A DNA stretch of 64,000 bases, from positions 13,702,001 through 13,766,000 of the forward strand of contig NC_090366.1 of the NCBI RefSeq assembly GCF_035084215.1, in the 5' to 3' direction. The notes beneath the pieces are model-generated. The model had not been told where the DNA came from, made no database searches, and was given only the letters and a program-made list of their open reading frames with translations. The position numbers were made by a program, and so were the translations under genes. The stretch comes from Heptranchias perlo (Eukaryota). Shown piece by piece: positions 52,991 through 64,000 of this stretch (position 1 is its first letter; the number at the start of each line of letters is the position of its first letter).

Positions 52991-55900
52991 TTTAGTGGGA
53001 ATGTTCGGGTTGCTGAGTGGTTTATTTTTCATTTCTTTTTTGTGTTAATCACAAGGAAATATTCAAAAGAAGAAAACGATGATGACAGCCTATTAGTGAT
53101 CCGTAATTTGGGATGTCAACCAGGAACACCTAAGGTTTGTACCCAGTTGAACCCAAAATTGAGCCTGGGGATGCGGGCCTAATTGGAGACACTACTGATC
53201 ACACTATTACACTCCTGTCTCCAATATTTTTAGAACTAATAAACAGAAGTGTTCAAAAAAAAATCTTATTTTTTAAACGTCCCTATGATATTTCAGCACC
53301 CTGGAGATTAATCTTCAATTCCTGGTGACTCCAGGGACAATCCTGGAGACCTAGAAACCATAGCTCACCCCGCTAAAAGTCAATTGCACTTGTGGTACAG
53401 TCAATATAGAGGGATGTATCCCTCGGGTCTCAGTCTGTTAGTGATAGTGTAAATACAGGAGGAAGATTCCCTCTGGTCTCATTTAAGGTTTCATCTGAAG
53501 GACGGCACCTCCGACAGTGCAGCACTCCCACAGTACCGACACTGGGAGTGTCGGCCTGGATTATAGGGCTCAAATCTCTGGAGTGGGGTTTGAACCAGAG
53601 GTGAGAGAGAGTGCGACCCATTGTCCCAAGCTGACACTAATGGCACACCTGTTCACCATTCCACAATGGTACTTATGTCATTTCCTCAATATAGAATAAT
53701 AAGCTAAATTGGCGACAAAATACCATTCAGTGCAGCATTTCTGACTGACTAGCATTGACCTGATCCTGTACATAGAATTACATCGAATGTACAGCACAGA
53801 AACAGGCCATTCGGCCCAACTGGTCCATGCCGGTGTTTATGCTCCACACGAGCCTCCTCCCTCCCTACTCCCTCTCACCCTATCACCATATCCTTCTATT
53901 CCTTTCTCCCTCATGTGTTTATCCAGCTTCCCCTTAAATCCATCTACACTATTCACCTCAACTACTCCTTGTGGGAGCGAGTTCCACATTCTCACCACTC
54001 TCTGGGTAAAGAAGTTTCTCCTGAATTCCCTATTGGATTTATTAGTGACTCTCTTATATTTATGACCCTCTAGTTTTGGACTCCCCCACAAGTGGAAACA
54101 TCTTCTCTACGTTTCCCCCTATCGAAAACCTTTCATAATCTTAAAGACCTCCATCAGGTCACCCCTCAGCTTTCTCTTTTCGAGAGAAAATAGGCCCCAG
54201 TTCTCTGATTGCTACATTCATTCTGTTCTGTTCTGTTCCAGATCACGAAAGAAGATAATGATTGGGTTGATTTATTCATTGAGGAAGGAACATCAAAAGC
54301 GTCAGAGCAGGAGGAAACTCATCATTATGAAATCCTGGATTTCTAAATCGTTCCCCAGATGTACTCTTAAGGAATATGCAGAGATAAAACCAGCCAACTA
54401 CCCCTGTAAAAGTCCATCACCAGCAAGAGAAGGCACACAGAGTTGGCTGAGGACTTTACTAACATTTCGGACGATGGCACTGGGGACATTATAACGAATA
54501 ATTAAGCTATTCATCCGCAGAAAGAAAGCAGTTCATTATTGGAATTCAAAAGCCTTGTCATTAGGGAGATTTACTTCCTGTATTTTCAATATAATTCACT
54601 TGTTTTGCGTAATATAAGCTCAGTAATGTCACAACTTTGTTACGTCCTCGTCTTCAAGTGTTAAAACTGCTGCCGTATCTCCAACCATCACCTCCAATAA
54701 CTTTTACGTTTCAAACTTACGATCATGCTGTTTTCGATCGAGCGTCCGGTTTGACTAGAGGTCGTGTTTTGATTAACTATCGGGCACCTGTTTTAACTGT
54801 CACGTTTCATTGCCAAGTGATTGGGAGTGAAGATAGCGATGATGATTTATTTTTCTTCTACAATAAAGATCGTTAATCGGGGTTTGTATAGAGACAAAAA
54901 CCCATTGCTCTCTGCGATCTCTCTCATTAAACTGGACATCACCGCAAGGAACTCGAGGGTAAAATCCCAGATATTTGGATGACAGTCAGGATATCACAAT
55001 AGACACAACACATTGGTCACTAAAATCTCTCAACGCTCCACCCATCTCTTACAACCCAGCTCCTGCATGTTGAAAAGTCCAGGCTATTCAACAACAACTT
55101 GTATTTATACAGTGCCTTTAACATAGGAAAACATCCCAAGGTGCTTCACGGGAGCGTAAACCAGACAAACATTGACACCGACCCAAAGAAGGAGATATTA
55201 GGACAGGTTGGTCAAAGTGATAGGTTTTAAGGAGCATCTTAAGGAGGAGAGAGAGGCGGAGAGGTTTAGGTAGGGAATTCCAGAGCTTAGGGCCTAGATG
55301 GCTGAAGACACGGCCCCCAATGGTGTGGGGAATGGACACGAGGCCAGAATCGGAGGAGCACAGAGATCTCGGAGGGTTGTAGGGGCTGGAGGAGGTAACA
55401 GAGACAATGAATGATCAGCCCTCCCAACTCGATGCAATACATAAATCCCAAAGACTCCACATTAGAAATAAATTATATATATATTTATTTATTTATATAT
55501 AAATGGTAGCAAATTTAAACGGTGCAATTAACTTAAATACTGAACCTTTGAGATACAAAATTCAGACATCTTTCTGGATTTTGACCAGTTCAGATCAATG
55601 TTCGACAGGGTCAACGTAGAGATGTTTTCACTTGTGAGGGAGACCAGAACTTGGGGCCATCAATATAAGATAGTCACTAATAAATCCAATGGGGAATTCA
55701 GGAGAAACTTCTTTACCCAGAGAGTGGTGAGAATGTGGAACTCGCTCCCACAAGGAGTGGTTGAGGTGAATAGTGTAGATGGATTTAAGGGGAAGCTGGA
55801 TAAACACATGAGGGAGAAAGGAATAGAAGGATATGGTGATAGGGTGAGATGGAGTAGGGAGGGAGGAGGCTCGTGTGGAGCATAAATACCGGCATGGACT

Positions 55901-55994
55901 TATTGGGCCAATTGGCCTGTTCCTTCAACCAATGCAGGATGGGGATATGGTGGTGTTCTCTCCAGTTTTGTGGCAATTTCCCCAGGTTCTAGTG

Positions 55995-56335
55995 TGTTCC
56001 TCCCAGCTTCTTGGTGGACTCCCAGTTCCTGGTGTTATTTCCAGTCAGTAGCTCCCTCAATCCCTGGAGTTCACTCCTATTCTTGGTGGGCTCCCAGTTC
56101 CTGGTGTTATTTCCAGTCAGTGGCTCCCTCAGTCCCTGGAGTTCACTCCAATTCTTGGTGGGCTCCCAGTTCCTGGTGTTATTTCCAGTCAGTGGCTCCC
56201 TCAATCCCTGGAGTTCACTCCAATTCTTGGTGGGCTCCCAGTTCCTGGTGTTATTTCCAGTCAGTGGCTCCCTCAATCCCTGGAGTTCACTCCAATTCTT
56301 GGTGGGCTCCCAGTTCCTGGTGTTATTTCCAGTCA
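55995..56335. repeat. 63-bp tandem repeat (~5 copies) upstream of gene 5
   Basis: Gives the 21-aa repeat ORF SWWAPSSWCYFQSVAPSIPGVHSN. Confidence 0.9.
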
Positions 56336-56384
56336 CAGTCCTCCCACCACACTTTCCACTTCTCTCCAGCCAAATTCTCGGCAA

Positions 56385-56560
56385 GCCCTGACCCAATGAG
56401 ATGGATTGGTTGAGAGCTCTTCCTTTCGCTTTTAATCCGATTGGCTCTCAGGGGATGTCATTCAGATTGGCATTGGCTAATACCCTGCTTTCTCGAATTC
56501 CCACCCATTCCAACGCTGTTTGGGACGATTGGATCGGTGCGGCGGAATATTGGTTTGAAA
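56385..56560 (+). promoter_or_regulatory. CCAAT-box cluster, putative promoter of gene 5
   Basis: At least six CCAAT/ATTGG pentamers within ~170 bp, 270-430 bp upstream of the ATG at 56824. Confidence 0.4.
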
Positions 56561-56823
56561 TGCAGTCCAAGTCAACATTTAGAGAACATTCTGCATGACG
56601 AGGCATCGAATGGACCATCTCCACCGCTTCCTCAAGCACAGGGATTATGTCTTTGCCCAGATGTGTTTCTTTGCACATGGAATAATGGTTTTGAGTGAGA
56701 TTGTGACGGTGAGAATTCAGCTTTGACCAGTGCCTGGAGACGCATTGTTGCGCGGGTGGGTCATCTCCATCTCCAACCCCACCACCAGCTCATTCCAACC
56801 CACCCCAGGCATCTCGACTCAGA

Positions 56824-59800
56824 ATGAAGGCGATTCCAGCCTCCGCCCTGCTTCTCTTGGCCTTGCTGGTGAATCGGTGTGGTTGCTGTATGAACTGCGA
56901 CAAGAGATTGTGGTCCAAGTTTCTGGACATGATGAACAGGTGCCTCGCAGTTGCGTCGGAGCAGGAATGTACTTCTCAGCTGCAGCCAGTGTTAACCTAC
57001 ACCAAGGACTTTACTCTAGGTGAGATGGTTTAATATTAATCTTGAATCAATTCATCAGTGAAACCTGTAAATTAGGAACACCTAAGCGACTTGTATCAGG
57101 CGTCCTGTGTTTGCAACTGTCCCACTTTTCGAAATGGTCATTGGATGTACAGTAAATTATTTGGGACTGTCAATGAGGGTCCCATTTTTGGAGGTACAGC
57201 TTTCACTGCAGTTCAAATTTCCGTTTATGGATGGTTGTCAGCCCCTGACTCAGTCGTTTTAGCACTCTGAGCCAGAAGGTCGGGGTTCGAGCCCCCATTC
57301 CAGAGACTTGAGCCCCATAATCCAGGGCGACGCTCCCCCAGTGCCCAGTACTGAGGGAGCGCCGCACTGTCGGAGGGTCGGTACTGAGGGAGCGCCGCAC
57401 TGTCGGAGGGTCGGTACTGAGGGAGCGCCGCACTGTCGGAGGGTCGGTACTGAGGGAGCGCCGCACTGTCGGAGGGTCGGTACTGAGGGAGCGCCGCACT
57501 GTCGGAGGGTCGGTACTGAGGGAGCGCCGCACTGTCGGAGGGTCGGTACTGAGGGAGCGCCGCACTGTCGGAGGGTCGGTACTGAGGGAGCGCCGCACTG
57601 TCGGAGGGGCGGTACTGAGGGAGCGCCGCACTGTCGGAGGGTCGGTACTGAGGGAGCGCCGCACTGTCGGAGGGTCGGTACTGAGGGAGCGCCGCACTGT
57701 CGGAGGGGCAGTATTGGGAGTGCTGCACTGTCGGAGGTGCGGTCCTTTGGATGAGACGTTAAACCGAGGCGCCTGTCTGCCCTCTCGGGTGGGACGTTAA
57801 AGATCCCACGGCCACTATTTCGAAGAAGAGCAGGGGGGATTTCTCCCCGGTGTCCTGGGGCCGATATTTATCCCTCAACCAACATCACTAAAAAAACAGA
57901 TGATCTGGTCATTTATCACATTTCTGTTTTGTGGGATCTTGCTGTGCACAAATGGGCTGCTGCATTTCCTACATTCCTGCAGAAGAGCGAGAGAGAGAGA
58001 GAGAGAGTAGGAAGGAGAGAGGGGTGGTGGGGGAGATGGAGAGAGAGGGGTGGGGAAGGAGAGAGATGGAGGGAAAGAGAGGGAAGGAAGAGAGTGAGAG
58101 GGAGGGAGGGATGAGGAGGAGAGAGGGAGGAAGAGAGACGAATGGAAGGGTGGATAAATTAGCCAGCGTTCTCCTGGTGACTATCTAACAACATCTGCTG
58201 GAACGTGCATGCATGTGAACATGAAGTGTAGGTGGGTTAGGGCTCAGCTATGATTGCCCTATATTCGAATATCTTCTCGATGAGGAATAACCACTTGAGT
58301 AAGGTATGGGACAGTAAATGGCACTGTGGACCCATACTCTAGCAAGAGACAGACCGTCCAAGAGGAGGGCTAAAATTGGTTTGGGTGGTTGGGAAAGAAC
58401 ATTAATCCTGATGCTTAATATTCAAGTTATCTCGTTCTGAGCAGAGCTGAAATCCACTAGGAACATAGGAACAGGAGGAGGCCATTCAGCCCCTCGTGCC
58501 TGCTCCGCCATTTGATAAGATCATGGCTGATCTGTGACCTAGCTCCATATACCTGCCTTTGGCCCATATCCCTTAATACCTTTGGTTGCCAAAAAGCTAT
58601 CTATCTCAGATTTAAATTTAGCAATTGAGCTAGTATCAATTGCCTTTTGCGGAAGAGAGTTCCAAACTTCTACCACCCTTTGTGTGTAGAAATGTTTTCT
58701 AATCTCGCTCCTGAAAGGTCTGGCTCTAATTTTTAGACTGTGCCCCCTACTCCTAGAATCCCCAACCAGCAGAAATAGTTTCTCTCTATCCACCCTATCT
58801 GTTCCCCTTAATATCTTATAAACTTCGATCAGATCACCCCTTAACCTTCGAAACTCGAGAGAATACAACCCCAATTTGTGTAATCTCTCCTCGTAACTTA
58901 ACCCTTGAAGTCCGGGTATCATTCTAGTAAACCTACGCTGCACTCCCTCCAAGGCCAATATGTCCTTCCGAAGGTGCGGTGCCCAGAACTGCTCACAGTA
59001 CTCCAGGTGCGGTCTAACCAGGGTTTTGTATAGCTGCAGCATAACTTCTGCCCCCTTGTACTCCAGTCCTCTGGATATAAAGGCCAGCATTCCATTAGCC
59101 TTATTGATTATTTTCTGCACCTGTTCATGACACTTCAATGATCTATGTACCTGTATCCCTAAGTCCCTTTGGACATCCACTGTTTTTAACTTTTTACCAT
59201 TTAGAAAGTACCCTGTTCTATCCTTTTTTGATCCAAAGTGGATGACCTCACATTTGTCTACATTGAATTCCATTTGCCACAGTTTTGCCCATTCACCTAA
59301 TCTATCAATATCGATTTGTAATTTTATGTTTTTATCTACACTGCTTACAATGCCACCAATCTTTGTGTCATCAGCAAACTTAGATATGAGACTTTCTATG
59401 CCTTCATCGAAGTCGTTAATAAATATTGTGAATAATTGAGACTTTTTCCTCCTCTTCTCCCTAGTCCACTCTGATGCCATGATCCAGGCTTTCCTGAAAC
59501 TGATGGATCTGATTTATCCATTCATGTTTAACTTGGGTAAGTATGTGTTTTGTGAGGGGAAGCTCTCAGTATTGTGATACCAAGGACGGAACGGGGATTT
59601 AATGAAGTCCGTGACTTGGGAAGCCTTTTGTTGCAGCTTGACTGACTGACTGTGCAATCTATCCACCTTCAGTCTTTCAAAGATGCTTCAAAGCAAACCA
59701 AGCACTGGGGGTCATTTCTATTGGGATGGAATTGAAAAGCAGAGAAGTTATGTTAAACTTGTATTGTATCGAACCTTGGTTAGACCACACTTGGAGCACC

Positions 59801-62340
59801 GTGCACAGTTCTGGTCTCCATATACCTTGGTTAGACCACACTTGGAGCACTGTGCACAGTTTTGGTCTCCATGTTAACCACACTTGGAGCACTGTGCACA
59901 GTTCTGGTCTCCATATACCTTGGTTAGACCACACTTGGAGCACTGTGCACAGTTCTGGTCGCCATATACCTTGGTTAGACCACACTTGGAGCACTGTGCA
60001 CAGTTCTGGTCTCCATATACCTTGGTTAGACCACACTTGGAGCACTGTGCACAGTTCTGGTCTCCATATACCTTGGTTAGACCACACTTGGAGCACTGTG
60101 CAATAGTCCTGGTCTCCATATTATAAAAAGGATATAGAGGCACTGGAGAATGTGCAAAAATGATTCACAAGGATGATACCAGAACTGAGAGGTTATAACT
60201 ATCAGGAAAGATTGAACAGGCTGGGGCTCTTTTCTCTAGAAAAGAGAAGGCTGAGGGGTGACCTGATGGAGGGCTTTAAAATTATGAAAGGGTTCGATAG
60301 GGTAGACGCAGAGAAGATGTTTCCACTTGTGGGGGAGACCAGAATTAGGAGGCCATAAATATAAGATAGTCACTAATAAATCCAATAGGGAATTCAGGAG
60401 AAACTTCTTTACCCAGAGAGTGGTGAGAATGTGGAACTCGCTCCCACAAGGAGTAGTTGAGGCGAATAGTGTAGATGGATTTAAGGGGAAGCTGGATAAA
60501 CACATGAGGGAGAAAGGAATAGAAGGATATGGTGATAGGGTGAGATGAAGTAGGGAGGGAGGAGGCTCGTGTGGAGCATAAACACCGGGATAGACCAGTT
60601 GGGCTGAATGGCCTGTTTCTGTGCTGTGCATTCTATATAATTCGATGTAACTTTCCTTTATGGGCTCTGGTTGATGGGAATCAATGATGTGACTGTCCGG
60701 GTATGAATCCAAGAATTCTTCACTTTTTTTCTTGAAGAAATTGGGGGAATATTTCTTGCGTTCGATATTTGTGATGGAATCGTGAGTCCAATCTTTATAT
60801 TCACACCTATCAACAAGGTGCCAATCGCAATCCCATAAAATCTCCCCTAAAAACTATCATGTTGGGAAAAATATTTTGGGTTAGATGTAAGGGGATAGAT
60901 GTGGCTCAATAGATAGCACTCTCGTCTCTGAGTTAAAAGGTCGTGGGTTCGAGCCCCCACTCCAGAGACTCGAGCCCCATAATCCAGGCTGACACTCCCT
61001 AGTGCCCAGTACTGAGGGAGCGCTGCACTGTCGGAGGGTCAGTACTGAGGGAGCGCTGCACTGTCGGAGAGTCAGTACTGAGGGAGTGCTGCACTGTCGG
61101 AGGGTCAGTACTGAGGGAGCACTGCACTGTCGGAGGGTCAGTACTGAGGGAGCGCTGCACTGTCGGAGGGTCAGTACTGAGGGAGCGCCGCACTGTCGGA
61201 GGGTCAGTACTGAGGGAGCGCCGCACTGTCGGAGGGTCAGTACTGAGGGAGCGCCGCACTGTCGGAGGGTCAGTACTGAGGGAGCGCTGCACTGTCAGAA
61301 GTGCCGTCTTTCGGACGAGACGTTAAACCGAGGGCCCCGTCTGTCGCTCTCAGGTGGGACGTATAAGATCCCACGGCCACTATTTTGAAGAAGAGCAGGG
61401 GGAGTTCTCCCAATATTTATCCCTGGACCAACATCACCAAAAAAAAAACAAATGGTCATTTATCTCATTGCTGTTTGTGGGATCTTGCTGTGCGCAAATT
61501 GGCTGCCGCGTTCCCTACATTCCAACAGTGACCGCGCTTCGAAAAGTACTTTGATGGCTTTGGGACGTCCTGTGGTCATGAAAAGTCTTAAACAACCTTA
61601 AATAAAACAGTTTGGATAAAGGTTTTTCCCCACCTATCGTCTCAGTCAGTGTACACACTGTGGCATTGTGTGGCATTGCCCAGAAAGTCCCCGGTCAGTC
61701 TGTAGCCTGCGCTGGGTTAAGCTGCTAACGACTCACCACTAAGTCTCACAAACAAGCACCGGCCACCTGGGTGTGAAGTATCTCCGATCGAGGCCTCCTA
61801 ATGTGGGATACTCCCCAGTGAGGGAGTCAGTGCCCCCAGGACAGGAGAGAGCTGCGGGCCTCTGGAACAAGCTGCCGCATCGTGCGATGGTTCCCGATGC
61901 GCTGAATTCCTTCGAGCGAGAGCTGGGGCCTGTTTGTGTCCGGGGCGGAGATCTCCTCTCGCAAGAGGGAGGTACCGCACGCCGTAAATCAGGGCCACAG
62001 TGATCTCCTGGACCCGTTGCGATCGCCTGAAAGGTCGGAGAGGAATTTCCCAGATTTTTTCCCCCTCCTAATTGGCCCGGGGAGGTTTATCTTAACCTGT
62101 TTTTTACGCCTCCCCCGGGGGTCACATGCCTTCTGGGTGGGGTGGGGAATATGCGTATCGTGATGGGTGCGAAATCATGGTTGCGTGGACAGAGGGCCTT
62201 TACCTGTCCCCGTCATTGTCCGTAGAAGGACATTGAAGCGAAAAATGAATTTTAATGACTGGTGATCTTCCCGTTTGTCTCCACAGAATACGAACCACTC
62301 GATATGATGCATGCTTTTCTACAAGTGAAATTGAAAGCAG
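56824..62340 (+). CDS. IZUMO1/SPACA6/TMEM95 (IST) superfamily protein, TMEM95-like; first three exons (gene continues past the window)
   Basis: Exon 1 at 56824-57019 gives signal peptide MKAIPASALLLLALLVNRCGC then CMNC-x14-C-x8-C. Exon 2 at 59465-59536 reads VHSDAMIQAFLKLMDLIYPFMFNL; exon 3 at 62287-62340 reads EYEPLDMMHAFLQVKLKA. All have canonical AG/GT and phase 1, and the peptides look like amphipathic helices. Confidence 0.68.
57250..57975 (+). mobile_element. Deu-SINE with 33-bp minisatellite (~12 units)
   Basis: tRNA-like head, repeat array and Deu core. Confidence 0.83.
58458..59440 (-). mobile_element. CR1 LINE 3' portion with an open RT C-terminal ORF
   Basis: The 313-aa ORF contains LFTIFIND..KFADDTK..LVRPHLEYC. 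Confidence 0.9.
59680..60650 (+). mobile_element. CR1 fragment with an internal 51-bp tandem amplification (59775-60120)
   Basis: TLVRPHLEHCAQFWSPY is repeated about 7 times, followed by a normal CR1 3' end. Confidence 0.85.
60895..61590 (+). mobile_element. Deu-SINE with 33-bp minisatellite (~9 units)
   Basis: Full tRNA head (GTGGCTCAAT..GGTTCGAGCCC), repeat array and Deu core. Confidence 0.83.
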
Positions 62341-62829
62341 GTTAGGCGGGACTGACCGTTCTCTCGTGAATAACGCCAAGTCTGTAGAAATATGCCAGGC
62401 CCTGCAATGTTATCCTTAATTATTATCGATCTCCCTCTAAGCATTAAACTTGGGCTGCGCGTACATGGATGTCAAAGATGACCCAACACACAGGGGAATT
62501 CTCTCCGTGTCCTGAAACATCATACTCTACTTAACCAACGCCACCAAAGGCAAATTAACCGGCCATTCATCTCATTGCTGTTAATGAATGGCTGCCATGT
62601 TTGTCTAGACAACTTACACTTCCAAAGCAATGTCTAGACAACCTCTTCCTCCACCGCCCCCCCAACACCATGCCACACCCCACTGTTCTTGGGCTGAGAG
62701 GCGATGGATTTCACGAGAGTAATCGATGTTGATTCGCTAGTTGAGATTGACAACTGTGCATAAACATGCGGGCGGCAAATTCACACCGTCACCAGCGGAG
62801 AAATAAATTCCCAAAAGAAACTACGTGCC

Positions 62830-63955
62830 ACCCCTGGCTCAGTGGGTCTCTCTCTCTCCCCTCTGAGTCAGAAGGTCGTAGGTTCGAATCCCCACTCCAG
62901 AGACTTGAGCCCCATAATCCAGGCCGACAGTCCCCAGTGCCAGCACTGAGGGAGCGCCGCACTGTCGGAGGGTCGGTACTGAGGGAGCGCCGCACTGTCG
63001 GAGGGTCAGTACTGAGGGAGCGCCGCACTGTCGGAGGGTCGGTACTGAGGGAGCGCCGCACTGTCGGAGGGTCAGTACTGAGGGAGCGCCGCACTGTCGG
63101 AGGGTCGGTACTGAGGGAGCGCCGCACTGTCGGAGGGTCGGTACCGAGGGAGCGCCGCACTGTCGGAGGGTCGGTACCGAGGGAGCGCAGCACTGTCGGA
63201 GGGTCGGTACCGAGGGAGCGCCGCACTGTCGGAGGGTCGGTACCGAGGGAGCGCCGCACTGTCGGAGGGTCGGTACCGAGGGAGCGCCGCACTGTCGGAG
63301 GGTCGGTACCGAGGGAGCGCCGCACTGTCGGAGGGTCGGTACCGAGGGAGCGCCGCACTGTCGGAGGGTCGGTACCGAGGGAGCGCCGCACTGTCGGAGG
63401 GTCGGTACCGAGGGAGCGCCGCACTGTCGGAGGGTCGGTACCGAGGGAGCGCCGCACTGTCGGAGGGTCGGTACCGAGGGAGCGCCGCACTGTCGGAGGG
63501 TCGGTACCGAGGGAGCGCCGCACTGTCGGAGGGTCGGTACCGAGGGAGCGCCGCACTGTCGGAGGGTCGGTACCGAGGGAGCGCCGCACTGTCGGAGGGT
63601 CGGTACCGAGGGAGCGCCGCACTGTCGGAGGGTCGGTACCGAGGGAGCGCCGCACTGTCGGAGGGTCGGTACCGAGGGAGCGCCGCACTGTCGGAGGGTC
63701 GGTACCGAGGGAGCGCCGCACTGTCGGAGGGTCGGTACCGAGGGAGCGCCGCACTGTCGGAGGGTCGGTACCGAGGGAGCGCCGCACTGTCGGAGGGTCG
63801 GTACCGAGGGAGCGCCGCACTGTCGGAGGGTCGGTACTGAGGGAGCGCTGCACTGTCGGAGGGTCGGTACTGAGGGAGCGCCGCACTGTCGGAGGGTCTG
63901 TACTGAGGGAGCGCCGCACTGTCGGAGGGGCCGTCTTTCAGATGAGACGTTAACC
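62830..63955 (+). mobile_element. Deu-SINE with a large homogeneous 33-bp minisatellite (~30 units)
   Basis: Head GGTTCGAATCCC followed by a GGTACCGAGGGAGCGCCGCACTGTCGGAGGGTC array. Confidence 0.85.
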
Positions 63956-64000
63956 AAGACTGTATCGCATGTAATAGAGGCTATAACATGGTTTAGATTG

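Larger units (their letters stand above)
41553..54494 (+). pseudogene. Sialoadhesin(SIGLEC1)-like Siglec with TM and tyrosine-motif tail, probably disabled (gene 4)
   Basis: Exons: 41553-41604 (signal MGLFCVQFVSLVTCCFQ), 42328-42693 (V-set [27 protein letters not shown]), 46905-47201, 48614-48886 (in-frame TGA at 48733 in the C-strand Trp position), 50388-50496 (TM), 51123-51221, 53056-53134 and 54242-54346/54494 (frameshift between HHYEIL and KEYAEI). Two N-gaps may hide further exons. Confidence 0.78.

Noticed and set aside
55970-56413. 147-aa Trp/Ser-rich repeat ORF
   Set aside because: It is the product of a 63-bp tandem repeat open in several frames, with no splice or domain support.
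54500-57000. miR-99/let-7/miR-125 cluster, expected if gene 5 were SPACA6
   Set aside because: No such mature miRNA sequences were recognised by eye here, and the cysteine spacing fits TMEM95 better. No gene symbol was assigned.

Overview
This is vertebrate genomic DNA, most likely from a cartilaginous fish. That is inferred from abundant CR1/L2 LINEs and a Deu-domain tRNA-SINE resembling shark SacSINE1. Most ORF-track entries are retroelement fragments or tandem-repeat artefacts; the real genes are multi-exon, all on the + strand, and were rebuilt by hand from splice sites and phases. (1) 1264-12066: the 3' part of a long Siglec/CD22/MAG-like receptor with a duplicated two-exon Ig module. 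It has no transmembrane exon, and a 4-kb 29-bp satellite lies where that exon should be. (2) ~16700-21200: an internally deleted paralog of gene 3, with promoter/5'UTR exon and an intact ITIM+ITSM terminal exon. (3) 25174-38446: a complete ~660-aa five-Ig MAG-like inhibitory Siglec with the essential Arg, a TM segment, ITIM and ITSM. (4) 41553-54494: a short Siglec with a strikingly sialoadhesin(SIGLEC1)-like V-set and a tyrosine-motif tail, disabled by a Trp>TGA stop and a probable 2-nt deletion. (5) From 56824, running off the window: three phase-compatible exons of a secreted or membrane protein with the cysteine pattern of the IZUMO1/SPACA6/TMEM95 sperm-egg fusion superfamily, closest to TMEM95. 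The window also holds a solo LTR with a 5-bp TSD, nested CR1s, SINE-borne 33-bp minisatellites and two assembly gaps.
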